Shown: in pieces, positions 18,401 to 26,815 of the stretch
Numbering within the stretch: the first letter of the stretch is position 1
How the letters are laid out: the number at the start of each line of letters is the position of its first letter
DNA from: an uncultured virus (IMG/VR IMGVR_UViG_3300013232_000003)
Lineage: Duplodnaviria > Heunggongvirae > Uroviricota > Caudoviricetes
IMG/VR virus record: IMGVR_UViG_3300013232_000003
Location: 62,001-120,546 of that record
Reading direction: 5' to 3' (one strand)
DNA: 58,546 nt
Made by a program: the position numbers and the translations under genes
Notes under the pieces: generated by a model
The model's input: the letters and a program-made list of their open reading frames with translations, nothing else
What the model was told of the DNA's origin: nothing
The model's database searches: none

Positions 18401-19067
18401 CGGGATCGAACTGTCCCTTGAACAGTGCGAGGCCGTGCGGCAAGCGTTCTTCGCTCATCCTCATGGATACTACAAGCTGCTCGACTTCCACCGTAAACAG
18501 GAGAGTGAGGCACAGCACCGCGGGTATGTTCGTTCACCGATCGGCCGTATCCGAAGGCTACCCAACGCGCAGCAGAGCAAAGACCGCATGGCCATGGGCG
18601 AAGCGTTCAGACAGGGGATCAACTTCCCCGTGCAGTCCTTCTCGTCTGACCTTGGACTCGTGGGCATGTGGTTCTTCTGGAAGTGGGTGAAGAAGAACAA
18701 CCTCGAGGACAAGATCAAGATCATGTGGTTCATCCACGACGCGGTGGTATTCCAAGCCACAGCGGAGGAGTTCCCCAGGGCGATGCGGATGCTCAAGTAC
18801 GCTATGGAGACGATGGCGGTGAAGTACATGAAGAAGCACTTCGATCTCGACGTTGGCTACCCTGTCGCATCAGACGGGAAGGCTGGGTCTGGGTGGGCAA
18901 CCTTGCAGGAGTTCTGCGATCTCTGCGGAGCAGTGAAGATGGAAGGCACCTGCCGGAAGTGCCGAGACGTACAGCTCAAGGCGGCGGAAGACGCCGAGAA
19001 GAAGAGAAGAGAAGAAACAGCAGCCGCTGGTAGAACTAGAATCAGACGCACCCTCGTGCTAAACTAA
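15474..19067 (+). CDS. polA: family A DNA polymerase with N-terminal family-4 uracil-DNA glycosylase domain, 3'-5' exonuclease and intein
   Basis: UDG: IIVGESPG, GRPFSGISG, HPAWILR; exo: VDFET, YNGVD; pol: TVTGR, DLSQSEIR, KA-[intein]-CNFGFIYG, NFPVQS, IHDA. Confidence 0.95.
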   Translation: MAFPKKCKESECPYHADRGEVPYDGPTATELIIVGESPGFEENRIGRPFSGISGRFLMALLRHIGLERDEVLLTNAARCRIDKDKDSIKNQNLALKTCRKKLERVIHNVRPRVIVALGGVALRQLTGKQKIMENRGKFFDSPEFDCKIFATVHPAWILRQGARDGFWDQPIEKMSATERILFMDFEQVQKYLKDPSIAGINTERYTKGRKSDLAKLKAAEVLAVDFETNGLDIESPNTRILSIGFSAEEGKSIVFLPKRDGSFPEPVLQLLSDPNITKIVAARPFEERCAVKLGHPMPGDTVHDVLSMAHVLDENFSGGYSLEKVADLYTGLKNIKSIAQGMRANLEEVDKETLVKYNGVDCDATLRAFHIMRRMLSKDPALANYYTHFTQKMQSMFADLHHNGCLIDTEALGRGERELEAIAEASEREALRLIPTAITTEEKHEGKLRLSRDALVRDYLFTHPEGKRLTPNPKYLTPKKKEPQITEDHLKQFRGRFIENYLRMKKAKKILSTYLKKLWVQMHHDGRVYPDTIFTRTVTGRTVMVNPAIQTIPQRGEFAKHVKKAFVADPGWVMGARDLSQSEIRIVGWLAQDPNILGALAANVDVHTKTAAIINKVPIEQVTKDMRQKAKACIAEGELVSVKSPNGWFAFVPIEKVERDMKVWDGQEWVSHDGVIFQGEREVITYDGLTATPDHTVFLEAGGHCDFEQAKAEVRGIATGDAAFEGSWEPFYNGNPHHSRKAPKSPSPVPRMWKDKFPVGRQRPLWKNKELPLSERGEIQPGCESRCVGRPVRCYSSENYQSNQSLLAQLRWQGDQTEIQLPRILHFLDAQKPAPPDVQRCADRQTKQQRALRAGKPTIGFAVDEPHEQANQCEGPLQVCLDKCPASLARLEDDVSQVPVQQRVDQQVSEKGDVRGQDTGDGDEASVRRVVRVYDIRNAGPRHRFTVQGKIVSNCNFGFIYGMSAKKFQGYAKDEYGIELSLEQCEAVRQAFFAHPHGYYKLLDFHRKQESEAQHRGYVRSPIGRIRRLPNAQQSKDRMAMGEAFRQGINFPVQSFSSDLGLVGMWFFWKWVKKNNLEDKIKIMWFIHDAVVFQATAEEFPRAMRMLKYAMETMAVKYMKKHFDLDVGYPVASDGKAGSGWATLQEFCDLCGAVKMEGTCRKCRDVQLKAAEDAEKKRREETAAAGRTRIRRTLVLN
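17370..18335 (+). mobile_element. intein (322 aa) in polymerase motif B
   Basis: Starts CIAEGELV, block B TPDH, ends VYDIRNAGPRHRFTVQGKIVSN followed by Cys+1; removal restores RQKAKACNFGFIYG. Confidence 0.93.
17530..18363 (+). CDS. HNH homing endonuclease in +1 frame overlapping the intein
   Basis: CRVCG..KNCLC, ILQRTTNP..WPNYGGRGI, QIDRQNNNGHYEPGNLRLVS..N..NKR; GAGAGG RBS 9 nt before ATG 17530. Confidence 0.88.
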   Translation: MTVSPQRQTTPSFLRQGDIVTSSKPRPKSEALLLAMLRSKVVGSLSITGTHIIPGKHRKVQALCRVCGKTSFLSVDNVLSGRTKNCLCQKGVKYNRDARAVVLGDRYDAILQRTTNPTSRYWPNYGGRGIKLRFSSRESFISWMLKNLPHPTYKGVQIDRQNNNGHYEPGNLRLVSQLMNLTNKRTSVKVPFKSVLINAQHLWHVLKTMYPRYPFSSEWTSKLARRGMSGDKILAMGMKRLYEGWSGSMISETPDPAIVSLYREKLSRTAISGSFMG

Positions 19068-19096
19068 CCACTCAACCATGAAAGGACGGATGACAC

Positions 19097-19645
19097 ATGG
19101 CACCAGCTTTTACCCCCGAAGAAGCATCGTGGATTGCCAGGGCGAACGCAGTAGTCGAAGGGCGGAGACACCTGTCTGAAGAAGAGTTCGACGTAGCGGT
19201 TACTGCCGAGGCTGACGCGGTATCCTTGAACATCTTGAACCGTGCCCACTGGCTCAAGGACATGGGCAAGACGATGCAGGCCAAAGAGAAAAAGAAACAC
19301 GAAGCTCTCGCCGCCGAGAAGGTTTCACGCAGCGAACTGGTGATGGCGCTGATGGGCTTCTGTACCATGGAAACTTACAACACCCTGATGGTCTACACCA
19401 TGGCCTTGATGAAGGTGTTGGAAGACAAGGGGCTCATGACCAAAGAAGAGATCAGGGCGCAGATCGCAAACTTCGCCAAGGCAAACGACGAAGGAGAAGA
19501 CGCCCAAGCCATGCTGGAGAAAGCCGAAAAGGAAGCCGCCAGTGTTGCTCCTGCCAACCCGGAAGAAGCCACGGCCGCGGTGAAGGAAGCGGCATCCCTT
19601 GTGGACCCGCCGATCTCCATCCCGGGCAACGACACTGTGAACTAG
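19097..19645 (+). CDS. hypothetical protein
   Basis: AAAGGA RBS; typical codon usage; last gene of the + arm. Confidence 0.75.
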   Translation: MAPAFTPEEASWIARANAVVEGRRHLSEEEFDVAVTAEADAVSLNILNRAHWLKDMGKTMQAKEKKKHEALAAEKVSRSELVMALMGFCTMETYNTLMVYTMALMKVLEDKGLMTKEEIRAQIANFAKANDEGEDAQAMLEKAEKEAASVAPANPEEATAAVKEAASLVDPPISIPGNDTVN

Positions 19646-19668
19646 AAATTGAAATCGATTGGAATTCG

Positions 19669-19700
19669 GCCCACCCCTCACCGGGGGTGGGCTTTTTTTT
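19669..19700 (+). terminator. rho-independent terminator at the convergence of the two gene arms
   Basis: GCCCACCCC-TCACC-GGGGTGGGC followed by T9. Confidence 0.92.
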
Positions 19701-19720
19701 GGCCTTCTCGCGCCCAGGCG

Positions 19721-19948
19721 CTACGCCACCGACGCTTTCGCGTCGGACCCAGGCAGCTCCGTGACCGTGACCTCTGTTTCTGGCCCGGCCGTAACGTCGG
19801 TGCCTTGAATCGCGTACATCTTTCCACCAAAGCGGGACATGAGGGTGGTGGTCTTGCTGCCACGAGTTTTGGAGTAAATGGTCATGTCCTTGAGCTTTTT
19901 GGCAGTGCCAGCGGATTCCTTTACTGCCTTACCCAGACGCGCTCTCAT
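19721..19948 (-). CDS. small tail-associated hypothetical protein
   Basis: ATGA-coupled last gene of the tail operon. Confidence 0.6.
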   Translation of the reverse strand: MRARLGKAVKESAGTAKKLKDMTIYSKTRGSKTTTLMSRFGGKMYAIQGTDVTAGPETEVTVTELPGSDAKASVA

Positions 19949-20265
19949 AGTATTAGCTCCCTGTACTGTTCTACTTGCACTTCGTCCTTTGCGGATGAAG
20001 GTGTGAGAGTGATGGTGCGAGACGTAATCAAGTGCGTCCCGTATATGCTGAACCTCTGAAAAGTGAAATTGCCTGTAAAATCCCCGCCGACTCCACCAAT
20101 AGGATCGTGAGGCATGGCCAAGGTCCTGTTCTGGACGATGTACGTGTACTTGGCAAGCTCCTGCTTCGCCCTGATCGTTGCCGTGGCCTCGTCGGGGATG
20201 AGGCTGTCAGAGATGACAGGGGCCTTCCTGTCTCCCGTTCCGTACTTCACTTTGATATGGACCAT
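19945..20265 (-). CDS. putative tail-tip/hub C-terminal module
   Basis: AAGGAGG RBS; ISDSLI...ATIRAKQEL...LITSRTITL pattern resembles hub protein C-termini. Confidence 0.55.
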   Translation of the reverse strand: MVHIKVKYGTGDRKAPVISDSLIPDEATATIRAKQELAKYTYIVQNRTLAMPHDPIGGVGGDFTGNFTFQRFSIYGTHLITSRTITLTPSSAKDEVQVEQYRELIL

Positions 20266-20274
20266 AGAGCCTCC

Positions 20275-23166
20275 TTACACAATCCCGGACGCACGGTACG
20301 TATTGTACGTGTCTTGGGACACATAGTACGTGATCGAGATGTCGATCTCAATCCTGCTGAGCAAGAACTTCTTGGTGCTGTACTCTGGAACGGTGTACTT
20401 GTCGTTGGTGGTCTCAGAGTCGTATACCCCGGAACCACCAGAGATACCCGCTCGGTTGTCCTTGTAGTTCTCGGACAGGATATCCACATCATGCTGCCCA
20501 GCGGCAAGCCCGGAGAACTCGGCCGTTCCACGGACATCGGTGGTGGCCTGTTGCCCGCCTATCTTGACCGTGGCACCAACGACCGGGACGTTCTCATCTT
20601 GCTTGTCCACGATCGTGATCTTCTGGGTTCTCGAAGAGTTCAACGCCCAGGTCCACGGAACGTAGACCTCCATGATGTCAGAGTAGAACCGATCCTTGTC
20701 GTTCCAGTCGGTCCCGCTCAACTTCTCAGTGCCTCCAGTAATCTTCACGTCCTCGATGTGCCAAGCAAAGACATTGTTGTTGGAGTTGGTGACTACCAAG
20801 GAGGCATCGTTCCCCGCGTTGGACATATCAGTGTCCGTGGCCCCGAACGCATCACAGTTGTCCGCCTCCCCCCAGTCTGAGATGGTAGCTCCGTTGGTAA
20901 GCTCCCACTTCTTCGTTGCAGGGTCGGCCCAACCTACAATACGGACAGGGGTAAGGGCTATAAGATCTCCAGTGGCCGCGGCAGTGCCGGTGCTCTCCGC
21001 CTTGAAGACGATCTTAGTAGAAGCTGCCAAAGATCCGTAGGTAGCGTTTATGACCACCGTACCACTGGACTTGGCAGTGACCTCCGTGGTCGCTTCCCCA
21101 CTGGAATCGGTCGTTCCACTGGCCTCGGAAAGAGTGCCGGTGCCCTTCTCCTTCGTGAACGCGATGGTCTTATTCTCCATGGCAGTTCCAGCCTCATTGG
21201 TCAAAGTGGCTGTAACCGTTGAGGTCTCTCCTACAGTGAGAGAGCTAGGGTCGGCAGTAAGGGACAAACCCACTTCCCCGTCCACACCCTTCGCGGGGTC
21301 TCCCTCTCCAACCACTATCTCACAGGAGTCCATCAACTTTCCTTCACTCTCCGAATCGTACTTAGCGGTGACGATGACGGTGTAGTCCTCGTTGATAGCC
21401 GTGTACGTACCCTTGTTGATACCGTAGGGCACGTAGTCGACATAGGCTGTTCCAGAAGCCACACCCATATCCTGGCTCACGACAATCGTGTTTCCCTCGA
21501 AATTGGACACCGTGAGAGTGTTGCCCTGGAACGTAACCTTCGACACCGACTTGATGGGGTAGTTGACTGAGATGGTCTTGGAGTCGGAAATGCTACCGGC
21601 CTCGTCAGTGATGGCGGTGTTGTCCGCCTTCATGGTGAGTGTGCCTTTGTTTGGGGTCAGAGTGTACGTAATACCAGAGGTCACCCCAAAGGAAACATCG
21701 TCAGAAGTATCTTCCGTGCCTTGGTCGTCCACGTCATAGCAGATGCAGGTGACGACACTCTCAGCCCCCTGTTCGATAGTCCCAGGTTCAGCAGAAATAG
21801 TTAGGGACGGGGAGGTTATCTCAGCAGCCCCGTCGTCGATGTCTATCGAGCACAAAGCGTTGTAGTCACTGTCTTTACCCATGACAGCCCCGAGGTAGAT
21901 CTTGTCGTTGTCCTTAGTGTTGTTCGCCGTGTACTCAAACGTGCATTTCCCACCCCAATCGTACTCGACTTTCAAGGGCATCGTGGAGCTTCCAAAATCT
22001 TGGGCGTCGTCTGTCGTGTCAAGGGTAACGCTAGTTCCAGAAATTGTCGCCTTGCCATTCCACTCAAAACCGCTGGAGCCCACTACTTCAATGCTCCGTA
22101 TCTTGATGATGGGATTGCTCAAGGAGAATGTAGTAGAAGTGGAAGAGGTAACCTCTTCTTCCACATTGCTAGTTCTTACGAGCGTTGCCGATCCTGGGTA
22201 GATATTGCCGTTTCCTGCTTGAATGTAGAAGTAAGCCGTCTCCCCAGTGATAGGTGCCCCATCTGCATCAGAAGCCGTGAAAGTTACAATCGATTTCTCT
22301 TTTGGCTTGAGCGAGGCAGGTTCCGGGGTAAGAGTGAGAGAGCACCCCTCGTAATCCCCACGGCCAACGGTGATAGGCCAGTCATCTGTGCCAGAGGCCC
22401 ACTCCGCGTTGATGTAGGCAACACCACTATCCCCTTCCTCTGGAAGGAAGTAGAAATTCACGGAGGTCTCCTGCCCCTTCGCATTGGGTATCGGGATCAA
22501 CCCCGATCTACACTGGTACCCCGTGTCCTCCTTGAAGTACAACTTTCCAGTTGCCACTGAAGTGCCATCATCATTCTTCTCTGTGGTGTCCGCGGCTTCG
22601 GCCTTGTCATAGGCTTCGTCGGTGCCCATGTGCTCCCACCACTTGTCATCGGTCTGCTGTCCCACCGACACGGCAACGGTCTGCTGAGGCTCATATTCGA
22701 CGTAGCATTTAGTGTGGTAGAACCCGTAAAGGTCCCAGCCACTAGGGGCGTCGTGTGATCTCCAGCCATCTTTGATATGAACTCTATTCTCCTCAAACTC
22801 GAGGTAGGATGCGGGTACCTGATAAAGCTTTGCTTCGTCCTCGTACACCCCGATCAGACTGGTGATCCAGTACTGAGTCTGGAAATAATTGGTCTTGGAC
22901 AAGGACACTTCCTCAATAGATTCCCCTTCGATCGTCTCAAGATAGAAAGGGTTGTCGGAGTTGGTGTCCTTAATCCGACAGGTAAGCGTTCCAAACGTCT
23001 CACCATCGGAGTCCATTGTCGATGGGCCAGTCAAGTCGATGGTGGGAAACACCTTTTCAACACGTTCATCTCCGGTACCTGTGATTTCGACGTAGTTATA
23101 CCCATCGGGGTACTCCATCGACTCACTGAGCTGAGTGACCTCGTTGTAGTTATTTACCGTTGCCAT
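20275..23166 (-). CDS. virion tail protein with Big_1/Ig-like domains
   Basis: Repeated LTADPSSL..STVTATL..GTTDSSGEAT Ig motifs; carboxypeptidase-regulatory-like VGATVKI..TTDVRG. Confidence 0.75.
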   Translation of the reverse strand: MATVNNYNEVTQLSESMEYPDGYNYVEITGTGDERVEKVFPTIDLTGPSTMDSDGETFGTLTCRIKDTNSDNPFYLETIEGESIEEVSLSKTNYFQTQYWITSLIGVYEDEAKLYQVPASYLEFEENRVHIKDGWRSHDAPSGWDLYGFYHTKCYVEYEPQQTVAVSVGQQTDDKWWEHMGTDEAYDKAEAADTTEKNDDGTSVATGKLYFKEDTGYQCRSGLIPIPNAKGQETSVNFYFLPEEGDSGVAYINAEWASGTDDWPITVGRGDYEGCSLTLTPEPASLKPKEKSIVTFTASDADGAPITGETAYFYIQAGNGNIYPGSATLVRTSNVEEEVTSSTSTTFSLSNPIIKIRSIEVVGSSGFEWNGKATISGTSVTLDTTDDAQDFGSSTMPLKVEYDWGGKCTFEYTANNTKDNDKIYLGAVMGKDSDYNALCSIDIDDGAAEITSPSLTISAEPGTIEQGAESVVTCICYDVDDQGTEDTSDDVSFGVTSGITYTLTPNKGTLTMKADNTAITDEAGSISDSKTISVNYPIKSVSKVTFQGNTLTVSNFEGNTIVVSQDMGVASGTAYVDYVPYGINKGTYTAINEDYTVIVTAKYDSESEGKLMDSCEIVVGEGDPAKGVDGEVGLSLTADPSSLTVGETSTVTATLTNEAGTAMENKTIAFTKEKGTGTLSEASGTTDSSGEATTEVTAKSSGTVVINATYGSLAASTKIVFKAESTGTAAATGDLIALTPVRIVGWADPATKKWELTNGATISDWGEADNCDAFGATDTDMSNAGNDASLVVTNSNNNVFAWHIEDVKITGGTEKLSGTDWNDKDRFYSDIMEVYVPWTWALNSSRTQKITIVDKQDENVPVVGATVKIGGQQATTDVRGTAEFSGLAAGQHDVDILSENYKDNRAGISGGSGVYDSETTNDKYTVPEYSTKKFLLSRIEIDISITYYVSQDTYNTYRASGIV

Positions 23167-23167
23167 T

Positions 23168-26100
23168 TCACACCACCGTTAGGGTAAAGGTTTTGGACAC
23201 GGACAGGGGCTGCTGGTCGGTAACCTTGACCGTGAAGGTATACCCCCCGGGTGCGTACGGTATGCCATACACATTCCCGCCTTCGTCTAGTTCCATTCCA
23301 GGAGGAAGTGTACCATCCGTCTGCTCGAAGTCGTAAGGGAATACTCCCCCCTCAACATCGATAGGTACGAACTGAACAGTGCCAGTGGTCGAATAGATGA
23401 AGTACTTTTCAAACGTGGGTGAGGAGGTTATCTTGAGCTCCGCGATGGATTCGGGAATGGGTATCTCTGGAAGAACGGTATCACCCAAGTACTCGGTCAG
23501 CCCACCACCAGTGAAAGTGAACCCAGTGAACAAGTTGGTTGTAGCGGTTACTCCTAACCATCCTGCGTCACGAACGAACTGATTGAAATAGGAGATGGCT
23601 AGAAGCCGATCGGACGCCGCGGTCTGGTAAGTTATCTTCACCACGCAGTTCTCCACGGGAAGCGCGTTCTGCACCGTGATCTCGTTGGCTCTCGCGTCCG
23701 TGCTTATGGTTATGGTCCCTGGAACCCACGCTTTGTTTTTCCCGTTCAAGCAGGTGATGGACGCAACGCTGGAGATCTTCGGCCCATGGGTCTTTATCTT
23801 GGTTTTTGAACTCGATTTGAATCTCCAAGAGATGTTTCCGGAAGATCCAGAAACTCTGGAAATAATGACAGCCTCCTGCTTTGTGGAGTTGGTTGGGGAT
23901 GCAACCCCCATGATTTTGGTCTGAAGATCGACCTTCTTCCCCGCGGAATCGAATCCGCTGAATGTACAGAGAGCCAAGGTACCCCCGGAGTATAGATATA
24001 ATTTCTCGTTGATAACGGAAAGCCCGTGGCCCTGCCCATCGAACTTCACGATAGTGGCCCCGTGAATATCGTTATCCGTCAACCCAGCAGGGGGCGTGAT
24101 CTTATGCCAAGTAGCCCCAGAGTCGGAGGAGAATACCCCCATGTTGCCGTAGGTATTTCCTTGGACTCCGCCTCCTCCACCACTGCCCCATGGGAAGTAA
24201 TAATCGTTAGCGCCGTAGTATGCAGGATCAGCAGATTGAGATATGGCTGATCCCACGACTACACCAAGGCCAAGATATTCCTTTAGAAATATCTTGGCAG
24301 CCTTTATCCCCAACGTAGGGTGTGTAAAGGCGTGTTTCGACGTAGCCCAATGTTCTACTCCTAAAGGTTCTAGAGATACTACGTCTTTAATGACGAGATC
24401 GGCGTATCCGGTTTTACCTTCAGGAAGAGTGGCCGTGCATATTGCTTGATAATGAATACCACGAGTACCACCACCGGTAACTACCTCTTCATTATAGATA
24501 CCACTGACAGAAACATATCCATTCATATTCATAAAGACGATTTCTGTAGCGTACCCAAAGTACGGACGGTTATACTCCGAGTTTGCTGGCCAAATAATGT
24601 AGTTTACTCGGTACTGGTAATTAGGCCCAACATTTGCCCCAACGTACCCTGCGGTGTGTACCGACGAAGGCATAGCCGGGCGTCTGCCACGAGCTAACAA
24701 CTCTGCCTTGACCTCGTTTGAGCTTGATTCAACGAATTCGATCATATCGTCCGTGCTATTAGTTACAGGGGAGTCTGGCATATAGCCGATAGTGCTGCCA
24801 TCATCTATGAGTCCAAAACTAGCAGACCTCAACGACCATAGCTTCATCCCTGGAGGTATGTTGACCAAACTTCCATCGGAAGTATTGACTCCGAGCGTCG
24901 GAGGTTGTACATGGGTTACTCTCTCAAATCCCATAGTCAAGAAGGTACTCTCCGTGACAATCGCCCACATGCCGGTGCCCAAATCCCCCAACGTGTCCGA
25001 TGGAGTGTGCGATGGAGGTGGGGTCCATTGACTAGGATCGCATACCTCTCCGTCATGCACATTCGGTTCGACCGAATAGCCATAGTTGGTAGGATTTTGG
25101 ACTTTGGTCCAGTGTAGAGTCACCACGAACTCGAAAGCATACAGTATCGTGTCGTTCCCAATGTATGTCCCGGTCTCCCCGTCGCTGTGAAACAAATGGC
25201 CATGGTTTACCGGACGACCGGGAGGAGCCTTGTGTGCCGACGCTGCGTAATCCGCATCGTGATGCCAGTACCACCCCTGGCCTTTAACCATCTCTCCATT
25301 ATGCCGCTCGCTGCGCTTGGGAACCCCCACGCGTAGATCTAGCTCTGAGAAGCTATTCATTAGAACCACTCTGCCTTTATCACAGTACACCGGAGTGCGT
25401 GGGAACTCAATTATAGTAGGGTAGCCCGATGAATTAGGGGAGTTGTACGGGATTCTTCGGGTATTCATTTTCACGCGATAGTGCCCATTAAACCTCCCGT
25501 CTACTTCTTGGTACCACTCCTTGGGGGTTACGTACATAGCGTGAACCGTTTCACCCTTGTCCCATGTCTTGTGGAGTTGGTAGAGCGAGTAATTGGTCCA
25601 AAAGGATACGACTGGGGTGAGATCGTTGACCCCTCGTCCCGATGCTCCCTTAGTGTAGATGTACGTATTAGCTACGGTACTGCCCCAAGGATCTGAGATG
25701 CTTCCTGGAACTTCTTCGACACCCGCGAGTGTGGGAACCCCGACCAAGTTGACCGTGATGCGAGCCAGCGTGGGATTCAGCGAAACCCGATTCCCGGCAT
25801 CCATGGCCCAAGCGTAGGCAGTCTTCAAACCCTCCGTGGCATCCAAGAAGGTGTAGCTGGACTGGTACGGAGTGACGGGGTTGGTTTTCGCCGGGACAGT
25901 TTTCCATCGGGGGTCGTTGGAGTACGGCGCGGGGGTGGCTGACTCCACAATCATGTACTTCGTGACGGGGAGGTACCCTGTACCAACTAAAGTTTTGATC
26001 TTGACCTTAAACGAGCTCGACGTCTCAGCCGTGAAGGTAAAGTCCTCGATCCTGGGCAGTGCTTGAGCAGGCGGAGCGTCCAACGCCTTGCCAACCGGAA

Positions 26101-26785
26101 TAGTTCCATCCTCACCGAATACCTCGGTCATGCCCAATGCCCCAGCGCTGATGTTTCCTTTCACGTCCATAGCCCAACCGTAGATCTCGAACCGATAGTG
26201 AGCGATGTCCTTAGAATCGCTGGTGGTATGCCAGTGCTCCACGGCCTTCGAAGAATCAAGAGGGAATCTAGTGTAGGTGGAGGGGTACCATCCAGTAGAC
26301 GTCTTCTCCGGGGTATCGTTGGTGTAGGTGATCATGTACCCAAGCACGCCGGAAGTATCTGTAGCGGTGAAGGTCTGAGGCACGACATCAAACGTGGACG
26401 AAGACGCTGGAAGCGTAAAGGTGACCGTTGGCCCTTCGCTATCCGCGGTTTCGACCGGGGGATCGGGGATCGTTACCGGATCGGTAGGGGGAATATCTTC
26501 GAGAGAACTGCCGACGTACTTCCCAGCCGCCGTGGGGAACCCGTAGGATTTCTCACCCCAACTCGTTATAGGCATCTGGGGAAAGGCATTATCATATAGG
26601 GCCTTTGCTTTGCCAGAAGCGTATCTCAAGAAGTACCCCGAGATCTTCTCGAGAACTTTCTCAGCGCGAATGCACAGCTTCGTGGCAAGCTTGTACTTCT
26701 TGGGATTCCCATAGGCGTCGTACGGGTTGTCTGGCCCGTAAACTTCGGTGGAAGAAGTCTTACTAGGTGTTTCGGTTCCCGCCAT
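23168..26785 (-). CDS. large virion/receptor-binding protein with Ig-like, Asp-box and C-terminal putative Ig domain
   Basis: Two YxWAMDxxGN.S repeats, SSDSGATW Asp-box, GGVFPY..GTLPPGM..GIP..PGGYTFTVKVTD. Confidence 0.75.
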   Translation of the reverse strand: MAGTETPSKTSSTEVYGPDNPYDAYGNPKKYKLATKLCIRAEKVLEKISGYFLRYASGKAKALYDNAFPQMPITSWGEKSYGFPTAAGKYVGSSLEDIPPTDPVTIPDPPVETADSEGPTVTFTLPASSSTFDVVPQTFTATDTSGVLGYMITYTNDTPEKTSTGWYPSTYTRFPLDSSKAVEHWHTTSDSKDIAHYRFEIYGWAMDVKGNISAGALGMTEVFGEDGTIPVGKALDAPPAQALPRIEDFTFTAETSSSFKVKIKTLVGTGYLPVTKYMIVESATPAPYSNDPRWKTVPAKTNPVTPYQSSYTFLDATEGLKTAYAWAMDAGNRVSLNPTLARITVNLVGVPTLAGVEEVPGSISDPWGSTVANTYIYTKGASGRGVNDLTPVVSFWTNYSLYQLHKTWDKGETVHAMYVTPKEWYQEVDGRFNGHYRVKMNTRRIPYNSPNSSGYPTIIEFPRTPVYCDKGRVVLMNSFSELDLRVGVPKRSERHNGEMVKGQGWYWHHDADYAASAHKAPPGRPVNHGHLFHSDGETGTYIGNDTILYAFEFVVTLHWTKVQNPTNYGYSVEPNVHDGEVCDPSQWTPPPSHTPSDTLGDLGTGMWAIVTESTFLTMGFERVTHVQPPTLGVNTSDGSLVNIPPGMKLWSLRSASFGLIDDGSTIGYMPDSPVTNSTDDMIEFVESSSNEVKAELLARGRRPAMPSSVHTAGYVGANVGPNYQYRVNYIIWPANSEYNRPYFGYATEIVFMNMNGYVSVSGIYNEEVVTGGGTRGIHYQAICTATLPEGKTGYADLVIKDVVSLEPLGVEHWATSKHAFTHPTLGIKAAKIFLKEYLGLGVVVGSAISQSADPAYYGANDYYFPWGSGGGGGVQGNTYGNMGVFSSDSGATWHKITPPAGLTDNDIHGATIVKFDGQGHGLSVINEKLYLYSGGTLALCTFSGFDSAGKKVDLQTKIMGVASPTNSTKQEAVIISRVSGSSGNISWRFKSSSKTKIKTHGPKISSVASITCLNGKNKAWVPGTITISTDARANEITVQNALPVENCVVKITYQTAASDRLLAISYFNQFVRDAGWLGVTATTNLFTGFTFTGGGLTEYLGDTVLPEIPIPESIAELKITSSPTFEKYFIYSTTGTVQFVPIDVEGGVFPYDFEQTDGTLPPGMELDEGGNVYGIPYAPGGYTFTVKVTDQQPLSVSKTFTLTVV

Positions 26786-26815
26786 ACTGACCTCCCAAAA
26801 ATGAAATCGATTGGA

